Shown here: in pieces, positions 54,301-63,300 of the stretch
How positions within the stretch are numbered: position 1 is the first letter of the stretch
How the letters are laid out: each line of letters begins with the position of its first letter
Source of the DNA: Phaeosaccion multiseriatum
Lineage: Eukaryota > Protista > Ochrophyta, other classes
Reading direction: 5' to 3'
NCBI GenBank assembly: GCA_965112735.1
Contig: OZ218962.1
Span: 992,001 to 1,056,000, forward strand
DNA length: 64,000 nt
Notes under the pieces: model-generated
The model's database searches: none
The model's input: only the letters and a program-made list of their open reading frames with translations
What the model was told of the DNA's origin: nothing
Program-made: the position numbers and the translations under genes

Positions 54301-57300
54301 TCGTCCTGCAAGGAGCCAACTTTGTGGCTCCGTTGGAGATTGAGGGTTTCCGGTACACGGGCACGGACCAAGCGCAGAGCCGCAATACTATTGTCTGTGA
54401 CGGCTTGAGTGCTCTATACGCGAGCGATGGAAGCATGCAGTTTTTCGGAGGCGTTGAGGGTGACAAGGGAGCGACCGCGAGGATGGACCACGTGTCTGTC
54501 ATGGAGCGAACCGACCCGCGTGACATGCTCGATATAGAGGGAATCAAGGGGCGGGTAGGGACTGTGGACTCGGCCCATGGCCTGTACAAGGCAATGGCGG
54601 ATGCCAACTTCAACTATGGCCCTCGCTTTGAGCGGAATTTACAGATGTTCGCCAATGACGGAGAGGTGCTATCGGTCGTGCGTGCTCTGGACTCGGACCT
54701 GTGTGAGCCTTGGGAGGTAACGGGCTTTGCTCTGCACCCTGCGGTGCTCGACAATGCGACTCACTCACTTTTGCACGCAATCCCACGCCAGTTGCTGAGA
54801 GCGAGGGATGGAGCTCCATTCCTGCCTGTTGGCTTCGACGAGGTGGTCGTTTCTGCACCCATAACGGGAGAGACAGTTTGGGTGCACACAAGGCTCGTCG
54901 AAGTGGAGCCCGGGGGCAACAGCATCAAGTTTGATATCAAGATTGCCGACTTTGATAGCAAGCAGATTCTCGTGGAGATGCGTGGGTTCCGCACTCAGCG
55001 GGCGAGAGGCTTTGCGCGCCCCAATCCGCTTCGTCGGGCGATGTACACGCTGGAATGGCAGACCACTGAGCCGTCTACACAGGAGGAGGCCCCTGGTAGT
55101 GATACTGACCCTGCTGAGGCGGCGGCGCGACCGAAGTGGCTGGTGGTTATTCCGCAGGACGAGGGGGAGCGGGAGACTTCAATCATTGCTGCAGTGCGGC
55201 TCTGTGTTCCGGAGAACGTGCACGTACACGCCCGATATGGGGGGATGGACGGCTCCTGCGATGATGGTGCTTTTCTTCTCGGAGAGGACGAGTGGGCTCG
55301 CGTCTTGTACGTGCTAATTCCCGGAGCTGGCGAAGAAGACGCAGACGGAAACCTGCAAGCACGAGCGGCCTACGCCCTGATGGCTCTACTCAGGAGCCTG
55401 TGTACTGCATCAAGGGTGCCGCTGACGGTTTTGACGAGAGGCGTCCAAAGCGGCGAGGACTGGCGTCACAGCTGGGTGACTGGGCTGGTGCGGACTGCGA
55501 GGGTGGAGCACCCTTCCATGCAGATTGGCGTGGTGGACCTCAGCGGCAAGAAGGCCCAAGACAGCGAACTTGCCTTGGGATTGACCGTCTCTACTGCCAC
55601 AGAAGATGTTTGGGTACGCGACGGACAGTGCTGGGCTCCTCAGCTTGTACGTCAGCCCCTGCAGCTTCCCTTCTCACTGGATTTGAAGGCAAGAGGCAGC
55701 ATTGCAAACGCGTTCGCCCTTCGTGATGATGTGAACCATGGCAAACACCAGCGCCTTGACCCAGTTGGCAGCCATGTGGAGGTGGCAGTGAGGGCTGTTG
55801 GGCTGAACTTCTGGGACGTGCTGAATGTGCTGGACATGTACCCTGGCGATCCTGGAGATCCCTGCTCCGAGTTTGCCGGGGAGGTGATCAGTGTGGGAGC
55901 AAGCTCGCGCTTCCGTGTCGGCGATGCAGTGTTTGGCTTTGCAGACGGAGGATGTTTGCGCAGTCATATGACGACGAGTGATGTGTGTCTGGCCGTGATG
56001 CCGGCCGTACTGAGCTTCGAGCAGGCCGCTGCACTTCCCACCGTGTTCCTCACCGTGAGGAAGGCCCTTGAGGGCCTCAAGGCTGGAGAGAAGGTTTTGA
56101 TTCATGCCGCATCGGGCGGTGTGGGCCTTGCCGCGGTGCAGTATGCTCAGCGGGTGGGCGCAGAGGTGTACGCTACTGCCGGTGCTGCTGCGAAGAATGA
56201 CTTCCTCCGGAGCTTGGGAGTTGAGCACATTGCGTCATCGATAGACGCAGAGGCATTCAAGCAGTCCATGGGTGAGATGAAGGTGGATGTGGTGCTCAAC
56301 TCTCTGAGTGAAGACTACATTCCCTTCTCGTTGGACATGCTACGCGAGGGTGGTACATTCGTCGACATTGGCAGGCGAGGCGTGTGGAGTCACGAACAGA
56401 TGCGCACCGCCCGGCCCGGTATAAGGTACGAGCTGCTGGCATTGGATACTATGATTGAGTCTGACTTCGTAGCTCGTGAGCCAGGCTGGATCAGTGGCGG
56501 GCTGCAGCGTCTTGCTGAAGACTGCATGTCTGGCAATGTGAAGCTCTTACCAACCATACCCTTTGACATGAGGGAGGATACTCAGAAGGCCATGGCATTC
56601 ATGAGCCAAGCGAAGCACATCGGCAAGGTGGTGCTGACCAACCCCTCGTACGGTGTGCCAGTTGTGTCTGATGGCACGTACGTCATCAGCGGCGGTCTGG
56701 GGGCTCTCGGCCTCGTGACTGCTCAGCACCTCACGTCGAGGGGCGCTCGTCACTTGGTGCTGTTGTCGAGGAGTGGAAAGGTCGCCGAGAGCATGACGGA
56801 ACAGTGGCAGCAGCTTCGAAACATTGTGGAGCTGACTATCCATACTCCTACTTGCGATGTTGCTGACGCTGAGGCACTTCGGACTTGTCTGGGGGGTGTA
56901 CTGCCTCTGCTGCCCCCTGTGCGCGGTGTGGTGCATGCTGCCGGGGTGCTGGATGATAAGCTGCTGGGAGAGCAAACGGTGGAGAGCGTGACGAACGTCT
57001 TCCGACCGAAGGTGCAGGGAGCGGTCAACTTGCACGAGCTTTCGTTGGCTTGGGCGAACGAGGAGGGGCGCGCTCCTGGCCTTGACTTCTTCTTTTGCTT
57101 CACATCCATGGCCGGAGTACTCGGCAACGCTGGACAGGCCAACTACGCTGCGGCGAACGCGGCGGTGGATGGGCTGATGCGGCACAGGCGACACCTCGGG
57201 CTCGCAGGGACGTCATTGCAGTGCGGGCCGTGGGCTGACGTTGGTATGGCCGCCCAGCTCGATATCGTTCAAAAGCAGTTGGAGTTGGCGGGTGTGGGCA

Positions 57301-60300
57301 CGGTGTCAGCTGAGCTGGGCATGGCTGCCTTAGATGCCGCTGCGATGCCGTCAGCGTATTTGGGCAATGTGGCCGTTCTGCCGGGGATGGACTGGGCCAA
57401 GTTTGCAGACAGCATGGGTGCGTCCCGCGGCTCGTTCCTGCTGTCAGGGCTTGTCTCAACAGCAGCAGGCGCATCAAGCAACACCAAAATCAACAATGAA
57501 GTGCGCGAGGCGCTCTTGAGACTGCCCCCTGGCGAGCGACAGCAATCAGTGCGACTGGCGGTGCTTGATATGGCCAAGGACCTACTTGGAGAGGGTGCCG
57601 AAGAGCTGGATGCGAACACGCCTTTGATGGAAGCTGGTCTTGACTCTTTGTCAACAGTGGAGCTGCGCGGCCGGCTACAGGCTCGCTTTGGGGCTGTAGT
57701 GACCACTGACGTGCTCTTCGCGTATCCCACGGTAGCGGCGCTGGCAGTGTGGATCGAAGCGGAGGTGCTTGGCGAAGTAGAGGAACCCTCTAGCAGTCGC
57801 TCTGCGGCGATCGCTGCTGAAGCGCACCGCACTGACTCAAGGGCGCCGCTGGCCGTCGTCGGGATCGCCTGTCGCTTCCCTGGAGGGGTTAAGAACCCCG
57901 AGGACTTCTGGGCTATGCTCTGTGCAGGGACAGACTGTATTGGAGCCAGCCCTGTTGGTCGCTGGGCCGATGATGGTCAGAAGCAGTGGCAAGGGGGCTT
58001 CATTGATGGAGTGGAGGCTTTTGATAACACCTTCTTCGGCATCTCTGCGGCCGAGGCGGGTGCCATGGACCCGCATCAGCGCGTCATGCTGGAGGTGGGG
58101 TACGAGGCTCTGTACAGGGCGGGATACCGCAAGGACACACTACATGGCAGCAACACAGGTGTGTTCGTGGGTGCGTCCGGCAGCGACTGGAGCTCAATGG
58201 TAGACGATTCGAACAAGGGTGCGTACTCCGGCCTGGGCATGTCCAATGCGAGTCTGGCAAATCGGATGTCTTACGTGCTGGGCCTTGGAGGGCCGAGCAT
58301 GAGTGTAGACACGATGTGCTCGTCGTCTTTGGTGGCACTGGAGGGGGCCTGCAGTAGCTTGCGACTGGGGAAGTGTGACATCGCCTTGGTGGGAGGCGTC
58401 AACTTACTGCTGGGTACACAGACGTTCGAGACCGTCGCCGCAGGAGGTTTCCTGAGTCCTGACTGGTAAGTCCGTGTCTCTTCTGTGTCGATGGGAGCTT
58501 GTTCTTGGGGCCGGTATGAGAGCCAGATCACAAGGCCGAAGCTGTTTGAAAGGCCCCTGTTGCTGATGGATTACCTCTTCTCTATTCTTCACTTTTGCGA
58601 ACCCACAATTCCTCATGGTCAGGCGCTGCAAGACGTTCGACGCTGCGGCCAACGGTTATGTTCGAGGTGAGGGCTGCGGCGCCGTGGTGCTGAAGCGACT
58701 CGACGATGCACAGACCAATGGCGACCACATCCTCGCTGTCGTCAATGGCTGCGCTGCAAACCACAACGGGAGAAGTTTGCGCTACACTGCCCCGAGCCCT
58801 TCTGCTCAGCAGCGTCTGATGGAGCAGGCACTGGCGGAGGCCGGCTTGAACGGTCATGAGGTTGATTACGTGGAGGCACACGGCACCGGGACTTCTCTCG
58901 GCGACCCCATCGAGATGAGTGCTTTGAGGGCCGTGTATGGCCATGGCCGCGAGGAAGCTCGGCCCCTGGTGGTTGGGGCGGTGAAGACCAATATCGGGCA
59001 TCTAGAGGCTGCGTCCGGAATCGCTGGCTTCATCAAAGCTCTGCTGGTCCTTCAGCATGGATCTGCTCCCCCAAATCTCCATATGAGGAAGCTCAATCCG
59101 GAGCTTCGTTTGGATGGCTTTCCGGTGACTTTGCCGTCTACCATGGTGCCACTAAGTGCCAGGGACGGGGAGAGGCGCACTGCTGCTGTCAGCTCCTTCG
59201 GCGCGGGAGGAGCCAACGTCCATGCGGTGCTTAGCAGCTTCGGGCCGACGATGGTAGAGGAGAGCGAGAGCGAAGCCTTGCTGCAGCTTGATGGGCAGCA
59301 AAGCAAGGAGAGTTCGCCGGTGACATTCTTGTTCACAGGACAGGGTTCGCAGTACGTGGGCATGGGCAGGGAGCTGTACGAGAAGGAGGGCGTATTCCGC
59401 GAGTGCGTGCAGCAGTGCAGCACGCTGCTCATGGAGCGGGCCTGGCTGGACAAGTCTGTGGTGGAGCTCATGTACCCTGCCGCCGCTGAGGATGGGAAGG
59501 AGGAGGAGGAGGAGGAGGAGGAGGAGGAGGAGGAGGAGGAGGAGACTGCACAAGCGCTGCTGAAGGAGGCACGCTACTGTCAGCCGTGCCTGTTTGTGCT
59601 GGAGTACGCCCTGTGTGAGCTGTGGAAGTCGGAGGGCGTGGAGCCGTCCATGGTGATGGGCCACAGTCTGGGCGAGGTAGTGGCGGCGTGCGTGGCCGGT
59701 GTCATGTCGCTGGAGGACGGGCTGATGCTGTCCGCCAAGAGAGGAGCCGCCATGCAGGCCTGCCCCGAGGGGGATGGCGTGATGTTCGCAGTGAGGGCAG
59801 GCAAGGAGGCTACTTTGGCAAACATCGACGCTGCGGGGGGGGCAGGCGAGGTGGTGCTGGCGTCGTCGAATGGACCGAGCGCGAGCGTGATCTCTGGAGC
59901 GCGCAGTGCTGTGGGCAAGGTGGTAGAGATGCTCACGGCGGATGGGGTGGGCTGCAAGGCCCTGGAGGTGTCGCACGCTTTCCACTCTCCTCTGATGGAG
60001 CCCGCTGTACATGCGCTGGAGGAGGTTCTGAGGCAGGTGTCATTCAGCACCCCACGCATTCCCCTGGTGTCCAACGTGACGGGTGAGGTGGTGAGAGGGG
60101 AGGAGGTGACGCAGGCGACGTATTGGGTGCAACACATGCTGTCGCCAGTGCTGTTCGCAGAAGGCATCCACACGCTGGTGGAGCACTGGATGGGAGACGG
60201 GAGGGGGGCTGACCTGAGCATTGTTGAGGTGGGCCCCAGCCCTGTGCTGAGCAGCATGGGAGCCAAGTGCGAACGTCGCGAGGGGCTGGTCTGGATCTCC

Positions 60301-63300
60301 TCCCTCACGCGCGGGAAGAGCTCCGAGGATTCGTTTGGAGCAGCTCTGGGCAGTGTAACGGGGCCGGAGCATCTTGAGCTTTATCCGACTCGCCGATCAT
60401 TTCCTTGGTACAAGCCTCCGTTGGCGCTTATGCCAAGTGGTGAGGTGGTCCAAGAGGGAGACGGAATGCGGCTCGCCAGCCCCTTCTCCCCTCACCTCAA
60501 GGACCTTCTCAAGGACCATGCCGTCAACAATATGGTGATCGTTCCGGGGGTGACGTACATTGAAGTGGGTGTCGTCGCTGCTCTAGGAGGAAGACAGCTC
60601 GGGGTGGAGCAGCAGGTAGTCCTGCAAGAAGCCAGCTTTGTTGTTCCACTGGAGATTGAGGGTTTCCAACAGGCCGGCACGGACCAGGCCCAGAGCCGCC
60701 ATACAATGGTCTGTGCCGGGATGAGTGCCCTTCTCGCGGCAGATGGAAGCATGCAGTTCTTCGGAGGTGCCACGGGCGACAAGGGCACCACGGCAAGAAT
60801 GAAGCACGCGTCTGTCATAGAGCGAAGCTCGGTGCGTGTTTCGCTGCACGTGGAATCCATTCGAGCTAGAGTTGGCGAGCATGACGTATCGAGTGGGCTC
60901 TACAAGTCTTTCGCAGACGCCGGCTTCCAGTACGGCCCCCGCTTTCAGCGGACCCGCCACATGTACGGAGGGGACGGAGAGGTTCTGTCGGTCGTGTGTG
61001 CCATGGATGAGGAGCTGTGCGAGCCGTGGGAGATGAAGGGCTTTGTTCTGCACCCCGCGGTGCTGGACAATGCTACCCATACCATCATGCAAGCGCTGCC
61101 AAGGAAGCTGCTCAAGGAGGGGGGGGACTCTCCATTCCTACCTGCAGGCTTTGACGAGGTGGTCGTTTCCGCCTCCATGACGGGAAAGAACGTGTGGGTG
61201 CACACGAAGCTGAGTGAGGTCCAGTCAGTGGCGGACAGCGTCAAGTTTGACATCCGCATTGCAGACTTTGACAGCAAAGAGGTGCTTGTGGAGATGCGGG
61301 GCTTCCGCGTGCAGCGAGCGAGGGGCTTTGTGCGTGTCAGTCCCGTTCGTCGTGCAATGTACGCATTGGAGTGGCAGGCCGCTAAACCGTCTACACAGGA
61401 GGAGGCCCCTGGTAGTGATAATGACCCTGCTGAGGCGGCCGTGCCACAGAGGTGGCTGGTGGTTATTCCACAGGACGAGAGGGAGGAAGAGATTTCAATC
61501 GTTGCTGCAGTGCGGCGCTGTGTTCCGGAGAACGTGCACGTACACACTCGATATGGGGGGATGGACGCCTCCGGGGATGATGGTGCTCTTCTTCTTGGAC
61601 AGGACGATTGGACACGAGTCTTGTACGTGCCGATCTCTGGGGATGGCGAAGAAAACGTAGACGGGGGTCAGCAAGCACGAGCGGCCTACGCTCTGTTATC
61701 GCTACTCAGGACCATGTCCACTGCGTCGAATGTGCCGCTGACGGTCTTGACGAGGGGCGTCCAAAGCGGCGAGGACTGGCGTGACAGCTGGGTGACAGGT
61801 CTGGTGCGGACCGCGAAGATGGAGCACCCCTCCATGCAGATTGGTGTGGTGGACCTGAGCGACAAGAAGGTCCAAGACAGCGAGCTTGCCTTAGGCTTGG
61901 CCTTCCCTACTGCCACAGAAGATGTTTGGGTACGAGATAGGCAGTGCTGGACGCCTCAGCTTGTACATCAGCCCCTGCAGCTTCCTTTCGTGCTTGACTT
62001 GAAGGCAAGAGGCAGCATTGTGAACGCTTTCGCCCTTCGTGACGATACGAGCGTTGGTAAGCATCAGTCCCTCGACCCAGCAGCTGGCAGCTCCGTAGAG
62101 GTGGCAGTGAGGGCCGTTGGGCTGAACTTCCGGGACGTGCTGAATGTGCTGGATATGTACCCTGGAGATCCTGGAGATCCTTGCTCCGAGTTTGCCGGGG
62201 AGGTGGTCAGTGTGGGAGCAAGCTCGCGCTTCCGTGTCGGTGATGCAGTGTTTGGCTTTGCGGACGGAGGATGCTTGCGCAGTCATATGACGACGAGTGA
62301 TGTGTGTCTGGCCGTGATGCCGGCTGTGCTGAGCTTCGAGCAGGCCGCTGCACTTCCCACCGTGTTCCTCACCGTGAGGAAGGCCCTTGAGGGCCTCAAG
62401 GCTGGAGAGAAGGTACTGATTCACGCCGCGTCTGACGGTGTGGGCCTTGCCGCCGTCCAGTATGCTCAGCGGATCGGCGCAGAGGTGTACGCCACTGCTG
62501 GTGCTGCTGTGAAGCATGACTTCCTCCGGAGCTTGGGAGTTGAGCACATTGCGTCTTCAAGAGACGCAGAGGCGTTCAAGCAGTCCATGGGGGAGATGAA
62601 GGTGGATGTGGTGCTCAACTCTCTGAGTGAAGACTACATTCCCTTCTCGCTGGCCATGCTAAGCCAGGGTGGTACATTCGTCGAGATTGGCAAGCGAGGC
62701 GTGTGGAATCACGACGAGATGCGCACCGCCCGGCCCGATGTGAGGTACGAGCTGCTGGCACTGGACAGCATGATTGAGTCTGACTTGTCGGCGGGTGAGC
62801 CGGGCTGGATAAGCGACGAGCTGCAGCATCTGGCTGAGGACTGCATGTCTGGCAATGTGAAGCCCTTACCAACCATACCCTTTGACATGAGGGAGGATAC
62901 TCAGAAGGCCATGGTACTCATGCACCAAGCGAAGCACATCGGCAAGGTGGTGCTGACCAACCCCTTGTATGGTGTACCAGTGGTGTCCGATGGCACGTAC
63001 GTCATCAGCGGCGGTCTGGGGGCTCTCGGCCTCGTGACTGCTCAGCACCTCGCGTCGAGGGGCGCTCGTCACCTTGTGCTGCTGTCGAGGAGTGGGAAGG
63101 TCGCCGAGAGCATGACAGAACAGTGGCAGCAGCTTCAGAACAAGGTGGAGCTGATCCATACTCCTACTTGTGATGTTGCTGATGCTGAGGCACTTCGGAC
63201 TTGCCTGGGGGGCGTGCTGCCCCTGCTGCCCCCTGTGCGCGGCGTGGTGCATGCTGCCGGGGTGTTGGATGATAAGCTGATGGGAGAGCAGACGGCGGAG

